Shown: one piece after another, positions 51,280 through 64,000 of the stretch
How positions within the stretch are numbered: the first letter of the stretch is position 1
Layout: every line of letters starts with the position of its first letter
NCBI GenBank assembly: GCA_023213395.1
Contig: CM041465.1
Span: forward strand, 123,077,741 to 123,141,740
DNA from: Cycas panzhihuaensis
Lineage: Eukaryota; Plantae; Cycadophyta
Direction of reading: 5' to 3'
Length of the DNA: 64,000 nt
Notes under the pieces: generated by a model
Told to the model about the DNA's origin: nothing
Seen by the model: the letters and a program-made list of their open reading frames with translations, nothing else
Database searches by the model: none
Made by a program: the position numbers and the translations under genes

Positions 51280-54200
51280 GTCATATAGGGATGATACCTA
51301 AATGGCATAAGAAGGCCAAAGAGACCTTAACTATAAAGACATAAACATTGAAGAGTTTCCAAGGCATAGAGAGAACTCACAAAATGATATTTTGATTACA
51401 TTAGTGGAGACCATTTATGGACTTTAAGAGTAATTAAAGAGTTACAAAGAACACAACAAAAGGATTTTGAGGAGCCATGAGTTTATGCTCCATAATATTC
51501 AATATACTATTATGCAAGAAAATATTAAAAGAGTTGAAAACATTAGGAGTAATTGAAGGAGAGGTAGATCCCAAGAACCATTAACTCATAAGTATTTAAG
51601 TAGGAGAAATAAGAGAGAGACTACAGAGCATACTGAAGAGAAGCGCTCTATAAGTACTAAGTCCTCTAATGAATCCCAAACAAGGTGAACATAGAGATAA
51701 AAAGAGTGTAGTTTAATTTGAAATAAGAAAGGTAAAGCCTCATATTCTCAATGGAATAATCAAGAGTAAAGGTAAAGTAAAGGCATGGTTGCTCAACATC
51801 GAGAAGTACTTTAGACTAAATGATTTCATGTCTAATGAGAAGATAAGGATTATTATTTATAACTTGGTAGGTAAAGAATCTTTGTGGTAGGAACATCATA
51901 AAAAGGCTAAGGGCATTCAACAAAGAGGTATAAGGTGGAGCAAGTTTGTCAAGTACTTCAAGTAGAAGTTTCTTTTAGAGTAATACTATGATAATAATAT
52001 AATAACTTTCCATGAATTCAAGTAAGGAAGGATGACAATAGATGGATATGAGTGGAAATTTATAAAACTCCTATAATATGTCCATTACATCTAGGAAGAC
52101 AAAATAAAAACCTATAGATTCATAAATTGATTAAATAAGAGCATCCAAAATAGAATACAGATTCATGAGCCTAAAACCTTATAAGAGGTAATGTGTAAGG
52201 CTAAGTGTTATGAAGACCAATGGGCAAAGCCATAGAGAAAGCAAGCTAGTCAGAACGAAAGATGGTAATCGAGACTAGGACTACCAAGGAGGGATTTCCA
52301 ACCATTAAGGTTTAAATAAGGGAGAAGAAATCTTAGTTATCCACTATACAACCTAAGGACTAATCCATCATACATGAATGCTCCTAGAAATCTAGGGGAA
52401 AATAGATGTAATTAATGTAATGAGTGAGGAAGCTATTCCCCAAACTATCCACAAAGGCTAGGAATAAGAGGAGGAACTCACAATATAAAGATATAATCCA
52501 TAATAGTAGATGAGTCATAAGTGATGGGATATATGCACGTTTATGCAACAATCAAGTGGAGATAAGTTAATAACCAATTCCTCATGATGTAAGTAATTGG
52601 TAAGATCTCAATGTAATATCTTACTATACTTATTAACTCAAAGAGTAGTCATAACTTCTTACATCCCAAAATTGTGGAAAAGTATAAACTCAAGACTCAA
52701 ACTGATAAGAATAAATGGATTGTACACATGGAAAATAGCAACAAGATAAATGTGATTGAATATGTGCCCTTTTGCCCATTAATGTAGGAGTCATAGTCGA
52801 CTTATGCCACTTTCTAGACCTTGCCATTAGGAAACTATGATGCTATTATTAGTTTAGAACGATTGTCCAAGCATTAAGAAAAAAATTAACTATTATTACA
52901 AGTTGTTTAAGTGTTTAAATGATAATAGAAGTCCCACTCTCATTTAGAGAAAGAAACTTTGAATTAACATTCAAAATTTTTGAGCAACATAAGTGAAGAA
53001 GTACCTAAGGAAGAATTGTCAAGGTTATGCAGTCCATGTTAACAAAGAATGGACTCTCAAGGGATTTAATCTAGTGAAACATCTAATAATATAAGAATTT
53101 AAAATTGTGTTTCCATAAGAGCTACTAGGGTTTCCACCTAAATAATATGCAAGTTATATAATCGAACTCATGCTAGGAGTAGAGCCACTCTCCAAGGCAC
53201 CATATCATCTAGCTATAATAAAGTTGGTTAAATTAAAAAAGAAAATATAGGAACTACCTAATAGAGGTCTTATTAGGCCTAATGTTTTGCCATGGGGAGC
53301 ACTAGTCCTATTTTTGAAAAATAAAGATAGAACTATGAGGCCATACATAAATTATTGACAACTAAATAAGGTAATAATTAATAAAAGATACCCTTTGCCC
53401 TAGATTGGATATTTGTTTGATCAAATGAAGGGAGCTATGATGTTCACCAAGATAGACCCAAAATAAGAATATTGCCAAATCAAAATCAAGGAGGAGGATG
53501 CTTTTAAGATTGTCATAAGAACATGGTATAGACATTATAAATTTTTAATAATGTCAATTAGATTGATCAATGCACTTACTATATTCATATGCTTAATAAA
53601 CAATATGTTCAAAAAGTACTTAGATAAATTCGTTATTGTATTCATAAATGACATCTTAATCTATTCAAAAACTAAAGAAAAGCATACAGAGCATTTGTAA
53701 ATTATGTTATAATTTCTTAGAGAGCACAAGTTATATGCTAATATAAATATGTGAATTCTACAAGGAGGATGTACATTAAAACATAGCCATTATGGATTGG
53801 CCATCACATAAGAATCTACATGAGATGATGAGTTTTATGAGACTTATCTACTCAATATATGTGGAGAATATTTTAGAATTGCAAGTCTTATCACTTATTT
53901 ATAAAAGAAATATGCTAAATTCGTATGAATAGATCTATGTGAGGAAAGGTTTTAGCTATGGGACTAATTGCTTACTACTACTCCAATTCTCATTATACCC
54001 AATCTAAATTTAGACTTCTTAGCTTGTATTAACACTTATATTGAAGGTTTAAGTGTAATATTAATGTAGAATGGTCAAGTTATTTCTTATGAATTAAGGA
54101 AATTGAAAGACTATGAGAAGAATTACCCCATTTATGACTTAAAACTAACAATAATTATATATACACTTAAGATAAGGAAATATTACCTACTTGAAGGAGC

Positions 54201-55850
54201 TTTAATCTTCACACATATCATGATAGCCACAAATACATATTCACATAACATCTAAATGTAAGGCAACATAGGTGGATAGAGTATTTGTGGGAGTTTAATT
54301 TTTAGCCAAAATACATTAAGAGAAAGGAGAATAAGGTAGTTGATGCTCATAGTCAACGCTAATATAATGCTTCAATAAGCATGAAGTAGTCTAGTTTGAT
54401 TAACTTTATTTTGAAAGCATGTCAGATAGATGTGTTTTATAGGTGAATAACAAAAGTCTTACAAAATCAACAAACTCTAGACTAACTATATGGCAAACTT
54501 ATATTGAAGTATATAGGCTACTAAATGGTGAACATTGATATGTTAACCTACTGGCAAAGAATCTATATACCATAGAATTTAGACATTTAAGAATTAATCA
54601 TCCAAGAAGCTTATGTCACACCATATGTAGGCCACCTAGGTTACCATAAGGCTTATAAGTCTATGAAGAAATAGTTTTATTAGCCTAAGATAAAGATAGA
54701 TGTTATGAATTTTATAACAAAATGTTTGACATGCTAGAAGGTGAATGTCAAATATAAACATCCTATGGGATTAGTATATCGATTAAAATTTTTTTAGTGT
54801 AAGTGGAAAATGAGCACCATGGATTTCATCACAAATTTACCCAAAAGTTCTCAATAGTATGATGGTATTATAGTAGTAGCGGATAAGTTGATAAATTTAG
54901 CATATTTCATCCTGATTCGTACCACCCATGTCACTTCAAATATTGTTGTTATCTTTATGAAAGAGATAATGAGATTGCATGGTATGCTTAAGGCTATTGT
55001 ATTAAATAGAGATGGCAAATTTACTTCAAAGTTTTTACAATCCATATTCTAAGAACTAGGCATAAAGTTAAAACCTAATACAACTTACCATCCTGAAATT
55101 AATGGGTAAATAGAAGGAGTAAATCAAGTACTTGAAGACTTTCTTCAAATGTCTATAATAAAATAACTAACCAACTAGGAGAGTCACCTCCATTTAGATG
55201 GATTTTCTAATAATAATAAAATCTATTCCTTCTTGGGTATGGGTCCTTTTGAGGCATTATATGGTAGAAAATATAATATTCCCCTTAACTAAGAAAACCT
55301 AAAAGATAGATGCATATTGGAGCTATAAATTCTACAAGAAATGGAGAGGAAAGTAGTTATCATTAGACAATAGTTAAAGATAATCTAAGATAGGCAAAAT
55401 AGTTATGTAAACCTAAAGAGAATAATAAGGGAATTTATGATTAGTAATAATGCATTCCTTTGGGTAAGACCTAAGCATAATTTATTCATCTTAGGTTTGT
55501 AAAAAGCTATCATAGAGATATTATGGTCTATTTAAGATTGTAAAGTGAATAGGAAAGGTTTCTTATAAGATTGTTTTACCTCTAAATATTTAAATTCATA
55601 ATGTATTCCATGTTTGCTAAAGAAGTATGTGTCATATTTAAAGCATATGTTTAAATGGACTAACCTTGAAGCTAAACCAAGCATTGATTATGAAGAAGAG
55701 CCCTTGAATATATCAGATTAAAGGAAAGGAATATTGTAGAATATGAGCTTTAGGCAAGTGAAAGTGCAATGGAAGCACATATCATTAGAAGACACAATAT
55801 GAGAATTAGAGAGTAATATAAAATAGCATTTTTCTTACATATTTATAATA
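51280..55850 (+). pseudogene. Tekay-like gag-pol with chromodomain, heavily decayed
   Basis: AWLLNIEKYF (gag); ILINSKSSHNFL (PR); PLSKAPYHL..LNKV..YPLP..LFDQ..VFINDILIYS (RT); HPEING (INT); QVKVQWKH..EDTI*E (chromodomain, ~55755-55805). Confidence 0.92.
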
Positions 55851-55896
55851 AAAAGAAACCACATCAAGGTTGAAGTTTTTGTGAAGGGAAGTGGGA

Positions 55897-58225
55897 TGTA
55901 AGGACCTAATTCCTTAACCTTCCTTGGCTAGGTTATATCTTTGGAAACTATGTAAAATATATTTTTCTTTCCTAGCTCTATTCATCATATATGATATGAA
56001 TTCTCAATTCATACTTCACTAGGTATGAAGATGGACCATTTTGATATTCTAGTTTAGTAAGGTTTTCTATGCAAAGATTATAGTCTATTTAGACCCATGT
56101 TGTATGCCTTTTTTCTCTTTAATACCTTATCATTATAAACACACTCTTTATTTGTTACTTCTATAATATTAAAAAAGCCAAATTATTCAAATAAGAAATA
56201 TATAAGGGGAGCACATAATATGAATTAGGGAATAAGAGATAAAACTAATATAAAGGTAGATGTTGGATCCAAAGACCATTGTAACTACTTTGGGGAATAT
56301 CAATTAATTACCCATCACCTATTTTTTAAAGGAGAAATCCACCAAGTTAAAAATGGAGATTTCTAACTTTCTAGTAACTGGTGGAAGTCAAGAAATAGAT
56401 GTTAGATGAAAGAATTATGTAAAATTAAAATTGTAAGGTTGGAACTTCAATGTTGCAAACCCTAGGAAAACTCAATAAGTTGATAAGATTTAAATGGATA
56501 AAAACTAATTTAAATTATTTTTTAGCCTTTGGAAATCATCCTAAATTGAAGATCATATTTTGAGCTTTCCAATGAGTGGTAAAACTCTTGAAATAAATGT
56601 TAGAACGAGAAGTTATGGTTATATGAAGAGGTCCTTGAGCTAGTTTTTTTCAAAGGAAACTTTTTGCATTTTCATAGTTAGGCCATTGAGTATGGATTTT
56701 CACAAGTTAAAATACAAAGTTGCATAGAAAAGGTCGTAATAAGAGAGCTCTTTGCATTTTCACAAATCAGTCACCAAGTGAGGCCTTATAAATATCAAGT
56801 TATGAAGCCATAAAAATAAAGGCCACAAGTAAAAAACTGCTCGCAATTTCACAAGTGGACCATTGAGCAAGGACATAGAATGACTAAGTTACAAAGTTGT
56901 AAAGTAAGTCACAAGTGAAAAAACTTATCTTAATTTCATGAGTAGACCACTGAGTATGAACTTGAAATGATTAAGTTACAAAGTTGCAAAGTAAAATTAT
57001 AAGTATAAAGATTTTTACACTTTTGTGAATGGAACACTAACTATAGACTTATAATGACTAAGTTCTAAAGTGGAAAATTAAAAGGATAATAGGTAAAGGT
57101 AAATATTTTATATTTTCACAAATGAGCCACCAAGTGGAAATTACACATGTATGATTGTGAAGATGCAAAATAAAAGGTGTAAGTAGAGAACCCTTTTCAT
57201 ACTTTCACAAATAAACTCTCAAGACTAAACTTATGTAGATCAAAATGGAGATTGTGAAATAAAGGATTTACAAGGGAGAAATTTCAATTTTCAAGTTCCA
57301 TAGAAATGACTATAATAAGTTCCCTTAAGGTTAAATTTAATGGATTCTAGCTTTATTAGAATCCTTGATCAATAGTCTAAATTTCTAAGTGAACATGATG
57401 AATTATCTATAGCAAAGAGAAGTATCCAATTTGCCTAAAGTGTCAATAATATAATGAGGCAAAGCAAAAATATAGCTAACAAACTCTTACAGATCTAGTT
57501 AAAAAATTATTAATTGGCATCATAATCTCAAATTAGATTTATAGGATACTTATCAAATACGCTTGAATACTCGGATGAGAAGGAGGATGTAAAAGGACTC
57601 CATATGCAAAGATAATATAATGACTTGGATAAGAAGGTTTAGTATAATTTAACTATAATAACTATTAATACTGTTACAACCACTAAAGCACAGATCTACC
57701 TACTGAGACATGATGGTATTAATGATAGTAAATTAGCTTACCATTGGAAGGAGATTTAGTTAGAGAAGAAGGATGAAAAGGGAAATTTTTTTGCTTGCTC
57801 ATCTTAGAGAAGAGGAGATTTTGGAGAGTAGTAAAAGTATCAAGGCTAAACATAGGCAGTGAGAATCCCATGAGCAAGAAAAGGTCTTTGAGAGGCTTGG
57901 ATTATGTCTCCAAGCCTAATTTTTATAGGAATGATAAAGGGGAGACATCTATATGTCTTGGTGGAGATTCTATAAAGTTCCCATGGTTGAATTTCATAAG
58001 AAAGTTGGCTTAAATATGTTAAGTAAAATCATACCTTAGGGATAGTATTCAAGAGCAGATAATTCAACACATGTTGGATTCTCTTAGAGATCATCACCAT
58101 CTTGTGCAAGGGATTAGTTTGGTAAGCGGCATGAATATGTGCATCCATTATTGTATCAATATCATTGGACTATTTTAAAGGTGCTAAATTTCAACTAGTA
58201 TAAGGAATTTAGGTTTACTGAGTCC
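55897..58225 (+). repeat. Tekay-like 3' LTR, uninterrupted but 3'-truncated
   Basis: Starts tgtaagg directly after the PPT. Homology to the 5' LTR stops at ~58225. Confidence 0.9.
56675..57260 (+). repeat. ~87-bp degenerate tandem array (about 7 units) in the LTR
   Basis: g(g/a)ccac(t/c)(a/g)agt...aagtt...aagttg(c/t)aaa recurs at ~56680, 56768, 56857, 56943, 57030, 57124 and 57211. The same array lies at 29524-29890 and 37455-37581. Confidence 0.8.
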
Positions 58226-58229
58226 CAGT

Positions 58230-58535
58230 TTATAACAATAATTTTCTTATTGATAATCTTCATAGCATTCCACCATACAATGACTCTTGATGATGGTTCT
58301 AAGATAAACCTTTGCAATCTCCTTTATGTTAATAAGAACCATGGATAGGATTTCTTCCATAATGAATTACTTTTCCTTGCCTTTGTATGTAATAGTAATC
58401 GTGAATTTATTACCTATATTCATTATGGCCTTAAGGGGCCATAATTTTGTATCACTTTACATGATTGAATCATAAAACTTCCTACTAATAAACATTGAAT
58501 GTATCCATTGGAATTAGTTGGACTTTCTAATTCTA
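58230..58535 (-). pseudogene. HSP70: Hsp70 ATPase-domain pseudogene fragment
   Basis: Minus translation ISRKFYDSIM*SDTKLWPLKAIMNIGNKFTITITYKGKEK*FIMEEILSMVLINIKEIAKVYLRTIIK, then RVIVWWNAMKIINKKIIVI. This matches cytosolic Hsp70 IGRRF..[38 protein letters not shown]..IK and GVIAGLNVMRIINEPTAAA. Confidence 0.88.
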
Positions 58536-59639
58536 GGAGAAGTTAATCATTTCCCCCTTCTCCCTTAAGATGTAATCTACACAATAGATTATTCCCTTAT
58601 GAATAATAGTAGGTAAGATGCCAAATTTTTAAATTAGCCATTGGAATTAGTTAAACTTTTTATCTATCATAAACTCTTAGTCTTAGTTTAGTACAAGATA
58701 ATTCTAAGACTATGATCTTTTACTTCCATTGACAATGAAAGTTTTGTAAATAGAAGTTTGGTATAGTTAAAATATAATCGACAAACAAAACCATATTAGG
58801 AGATATGATGCTAAATAATGATTCTTGATTACTACATAAGTTAATTTGATGATACTGATGAAGGAGTTATTTTAATCATAGATGACATAAGGCTAGCATA
58901 AATATATCAAAATTTTCATCAAATGTTAAATCATAATGAGGACAAGATACTTTAGTATATTATACACTATCATAGGTATTGGAGGAGAAATATATTTTCA
59001 CCTTATGTTTATAGTAGATAAAATTTTTTACTATATGTAATAATATCAAGGAAGCTACATGCCTTACTTATTTTCATAAAAATATCTAGTATTCTTATAG
59101 GCCTAGCAAACTAAATATAATATCTAGCCATGTTAGGACATTTTGCATAATGTTAATATGTGACTATAGTACATATCAATGATAGGACTCCAGAGTAGTC
59201 AAAGACGAGTTGTACCTCATGTGTATTAAGGGAGAATTTAAAACACAAGTGAAGATATAGGTAGCAAGTACATGAGTTTTTAAATCTTAGCCTAAATAAA
59301 GGTTTTATCATCTACCAATAATATATAATGGTAAATTTTGAGCTAACATCCTCATGTAATGTCATTTTTACTCAACTAATTATAACCATATTGAATGAAC
59401 ACCTATTGTGATTCAACCGCTCTCTCTAGTAATTATTTAGGCTACTAAGCTGATGTGATGATTCTAGGTTAGCCTAAAACCCCTAGGTATATATTGAGTT
59501 AGTTAGTTATAGGTTAACCCAAACCCTTTACTCTCTAAATAGGGTGAGATATAGGTTAGGAGGCTTGTCCCTTGATCACTTGGAAAAGGAAGTCATATGG
59601 TATTAGGAACCCTAAGAGAAATGTTAGCAACCTGTTTCA

Positions 59640-60494
59640 AGCATGTGCATAATTCAACATAAACACCATGACCTAGGTGATGGGCAGTGCAATATCTAGA
59701 TTACTACTTAATAGTAGGTATAACTTATCTTTTAATAGATACTACTTAATTGTAGGACATAGATACTAATCAATAACATAATGAAGATCGATGATGAACC
59801 ATATATCCAAAGGACTCCCTAAAGATCTAATAGATGTAGTAGTTGATTTCCTATACAAACTGGTAGATGCATGATCCTTCATATGCACATCATTGACTCC
59901 TATTATCACATAAGTACACATTAGTTTTTATAGGCCTATGTAACTTCTTAAGTCCAAGAAAGATGTTAGATTTGATGCTATTTCAAGATATACTATATTT
60001 TATGTTTGAGAGAGATGTGGGCTTATAAAAAGTGTCATGGTCAAAATATTTAGGAGTTATTATTATTATATTTGAAAGGGGGATCACTGGTACTTACTTC
60101 ATTTAAGGCTAATTAATGTAAAAAAAATATTAATGAAGGGTTAGTTGAGAATTAGTTGGGTAGTTCAAACTTCTAATCTAATGTATAAATATGATATATA
60201 AGGGGGGTATTGGTGTGAGTTCTTAGTGAGGGAGTGCTAGAAGAAGGGATGCCTTGATTTGAGGGTACCAACCTTCATTATTTAGTTGACTATGTAATCT
60301 CCCTTATTAATAAATAATGACATTGTTGTTTACATTTATATTCACTTGTCTATGATCTCCTTTCTCCTCATGAATGTGATACTATTAATGTTTTGTTGAT
60401 GATATAATGATGAATATTACCTAATTATTTGTATCATCTTTACTATAATAACACATTGGTGGATTAAAGCCTTGAGGCCCTAGTTATCTAACAT
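59640..60494 (+). mobile_element. Possible degenerate copia 3' end with PPT and LTR (~60083-60494)
   Basis: ttgaaaggggga PPT-like tract at ~60072-60083, tatataag box at ~60195, terminus ctaaca at ~60494. Upstream RT/RH similarity is weak. Confidence 0.4.
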
Positions 60495-60899
60495 TAAGCT
60501 TCTAGGATGTGAAAACTGGGCTACAGAACAATAACAACTTGTTATTTAGTCTTTTGGCATTAAGAATGAATCATATGAGTTATTGGCTACTTCTATGTAA
60601 AACCCATGGTGATTTTAATATCAAAATGATGGTTTCACTATATTAGGCAACTTTTTAGGATACCCACTAGTGTTCTAACATGTTTAATTAATTGAGGCAT
60701 CTAATGAAGGAGAGGCTATAAAGACAAAACAAATAAGCAAATAAAGAGCTCTAATATCACTTGCAATGATCTTCGAGTGATTAGTAGCATTTACATGAAG
60801 AAAATTTAAGAAAAATAATGAATTTTCTTAATAAATAGATTACCAAATTAATAAGGTTTATAATGATTTTATAAAATAGTTAATAAATGGATAAATCTC

Positions 60900-62105
60900 T
60901 ATTAGCTTCCTTTTCTAAGAAGAGGGAAGCTCTAGAGCTAGTGCTTATAGATACCATAAGTGGAATAATTCCATATGATCAATGATGATATCTCCTTTAT
61001 AATGCCTTTCTTAAATATAAATTTATAATTAAGAGAGCCCTAAGTTGGCTACGTCGTTTAGGGGATATAACATAAGTGGAGTGATTCCATTATTATGGCT
61101 ATAGTTTTTTGGGGTATTATACTTGTTGAAACCTCTTTTGGATGGTTGAACAAGCATGTTGTTATGCTATTGTGATTAATATGTAGGGGCTACTTCCATG
61201 GAAAAAAATCATGTGATATATGATATCTAACAAAATATTAGTTTAGGATCATCTATCTATAATTTATTTTAGGAATAACTATGATAGTGAGCCATATATG
61301 TTACCATGATCTAGGACCCTTAACTAATTATAAGTCATAAGTGTTAAAATGGTTTGGCCACTAATTTTTAGATGATATGGTTTAGGACTATGTGTGTTGC
61401 CATTAACTTTAACCCTCATATATTGATATGATAGGATGTTATATATAGCATGATAACACTAAATAAGTCATGGTGTTGTATATTAATCCATAGTATTGTT
61501 GTATTAAGTTGTAGTCATGTTGCTTTAGTTGAGCTATTATGCTTTTGATTTGATGATCTAAGAATGGGTTAAGAGTTAGAGATCAAAAAGAAGTACTCTA
61601 GCATTCATATCACATTCCTTAACTTGGAAATAGATTCTTATGACTAGATTTTAAATAGTTAGGTGGGGAATACCTCTAACTAATCTTATTTTTCCAAATA
61701 AAAGATAAATGGTTCTATTTTGATTATGTATGAATACTTTGATGGAAACTATGTAATAAATATATAACTTGTATTGCATTTGTTAAGATTTATACTTTGG
61801 TTATGTGTTTAATTTTGCAGTGTAAAGAGTAAACTATATCATAGTTCTCTAAAATATCAACACAACATATAGCTCATTGGTCTTATGATTTTATTATGAC
61901 ATTGTATTATTGAGCTTAAGAAATCTCATAGAAGTTGCATTATTTGGTATTAGAGAAATTTATATTTGTTATTCTATATTATTTAAGAGATTGGGTCGTG
62001 GCGGAGAAAATCCATTAGAGCAATTAGAGATTAATATGGAGGTCAGGATCATGAGGTAGTTTGAGTGGCTTAAATTTAGTAAAGGGAAGAAGTTTAGGCT
62101 ATTAC
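60900..62105 (+). mobile_element. LTR relic (3' part), same family as 11530-19790
   Basis: Collinear similarity to 12100-12740 plus 19479-19790; ends ggctattaca. Confidence 0.6.
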
Positions 62106-64000
62106 ATATTAGACATAAGGCAAAAAGCTTTACTATAAGGAAATTCATCCATTGTTACAATAATGGCTTGCCCTCCTCTTTCGCCACTATGGATGTTTGG
62201 AGAATCTCCCATAGCATAAAAACCCTTAATAGGGTTTAGTTTATCCTAATATTAGGGTGTGACTTCCTATCATCAAGACTCGGCATTAGTGTGGTTGCTT
62301 GTTACTAGTTAATAACAGAGATTATTAGATGGTTTAGGTTCCTTAAAGCTTGCAATATGGTTGTCAAACTATGGCTTGTCAACTTCTTCCCTTAAGCTTA
62401 TTTGAGCCTAACCTATTTATTAAAGTTAGAGGCTTATGGTCTGGTTGGTGTATTGATGCAAAGATGGGGTTCTATGATCTCTTACTTTTGGTGAATGAAA
62501 ATGGGTTTTGCTCTATTTTTATTCGATTATAGGGGTCAACTCTTGATTATACTTAGCTCAGTTATCACTTGTGGGATCCTTGGGGATAGAGTGATTTCTT
62601 AGCCCTTTATGGATTTCCCTCCTAATGGTTTGTTTGTCTCTAGACGGGTGGTCGAGGAGGTTTAGAGGTATGTAGTGGGTTTGAGATGCTTTAAGATTAC
62701 ATTATATTTGCAATTGATAATGGTATGTACTAGTATTTTTAAGATCGTGTATGGCATTTGGTGTCCTGGTGTGTTGGTGGCTCATACAATGATAGATGTA
62801 TTTCTTAAGTGTTGAGCACTAGTGGTTAGGTTCATCTTTATCCCTTAGAAAAAGTGAGTCCCTTACATATTTGGATGGGGCTATTTGGGGTCCAAACTCC
62901 TCTCTAACTATGAGAAAAAGTGAGTCTAGGTCTATTATTGATAGGGCATAGGTGCTTTCACTTAGGTTCTAAACATGATTTATTTGATTATGTTATATTA
63001 ATGGATGAACTCTAGGGTAGAATAAGTAAATATCTACTCAATTTATCTGAGATATTATGTGGTAGCATATTAAGGTTATTGAAGATTCTAATCATGTGAC
63101 CAAGGTTTTAAGAATTTTTTGTTAAAGATTCTTGTTAGGTAGCCAAGGTCTTAAGAATTTCTCCACAATGTAGCAATTTGATGCTCTTTCTACCCATTAT
63201 AATCTAGGGAGAATAGTGTTGTTATCTAATTTTCCTTATTTTAGAGTTGTTGTGTTATGGGGTGTTGCATTAATAGTCAATTATAAGGTCAAGGTAGGTG
63301 CACTTCTTGTTGTTTGATGGAAGGTAGCCTAAGCGAAAGATTGATTGTATGATCTATCTAGTTAGTAATTATTAAGAGGTTAATGATGCATGAAGGGTTT
63401 TACGTCATAAGATAACTGTTCGATTTTCATTTCTTTTACTATTACTATTTTGTGCATCATGGTAAGGGTGGGTCAACTTGTTTTATACTTCACTAGATAA
63501 GGAGTTATGTGGTTCCCTGGTATGGCTTAGATGACATTACTAGAAGTTATAAATCTTTTTCATTAATGATGTGTTTTTATCACCAAATCAATGGAATCAT
63601 AGTCATTTCATTAGTTTAAAGATCATTGGGATGGTATAGAAGTGGATTGTAATAGTGATTATAGTTGAAAGTAAATTTGTATAGGGTGCAATCTTAGAAA
63701 GATCCTTTTGAATTGTCACATTTTGCTTGCATTGGTCGATCATAAGATTAACTCTTGGATCAGTCAATCCACTCATTGGTGTTGGATATAAGTTGAAGAA
63801 ATAAGGTGTCATCTAATATGATTTAGTAGGACTCTCATGTTTATAGTAGTCTCTATAGTTAACACCTTTTAACCTCCTTCTTTATAGGCCCATATAGGGT
63901 GATACTATTTAGTTGTAATTTTCCTCCATTGCATTACTTCTTCAAATGGTTATTGGTATGATTCTCAATCAAGGTTTTGTCTCTCAAGCACTCCCTATTA

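Larger units (their letters stand above)
28818..58225 (+). mobile_element. Large Ty3/gypsy chromovirus (Tekay-like) whose 5' LTR is interrupted by copia insertions; 3' LTR truncated
   Basis: 5' LTR pieces 28818-29890, 37455-37581 and 49073-51091 align collinearly with the 3' LTR 55897-58225. PBS tggtattaaagc at 51095-51106; PPT gtgaagggaagtggga at 55881-55896. TSD cannot be checked. Confidence 0.92.

Noticed and set aside
63400-64000. Possible minus-strand gag relic at the window end
   Set aside because: Similarity is too weak to support an annotation.

Overview
AT-rich, CpG-depleted plant intergenic DNA with no intact gene. It is almost entirely a stack of decayed, nested retrotransposons, and the chromovirus motifs suggest a large-genome plant, possibly a gymnosperm (inference only). 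Left to right: a ~390-bp fold-back hairpin (551-943); LTR/PBS relics; a truncated Ty3/gypsy pol (+); a near-full-length L1-type LINE with RNase H (-); a complete Ty3/gypsy chromovirus with TSD (12741-19473, -) inside an older LTR; a Tat/Ogre-like gag-pol relic (+); and a large Tekay-like chromovirus (~28818-58225, +). The 5' LTR of that chromovirus is split by two complete Ty1/copia elements (29891-37454 and 37582-49072, both with TSDs), and the second contains a third copia (42143-46522, with TSD). The most unusual structure is in this third copia: its leader and gag are replaced by exactly one 239-bp PBS-internal-PPT-LTR unit of a TRIM-like mini-element, bounded by an 11-bp PBS repeat. The right end holds an Hsp70 pseudogene fragment (possibly with an inverted second part) and further LTR relics. 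All identities and divergences were estimated by eye; no database search was run.
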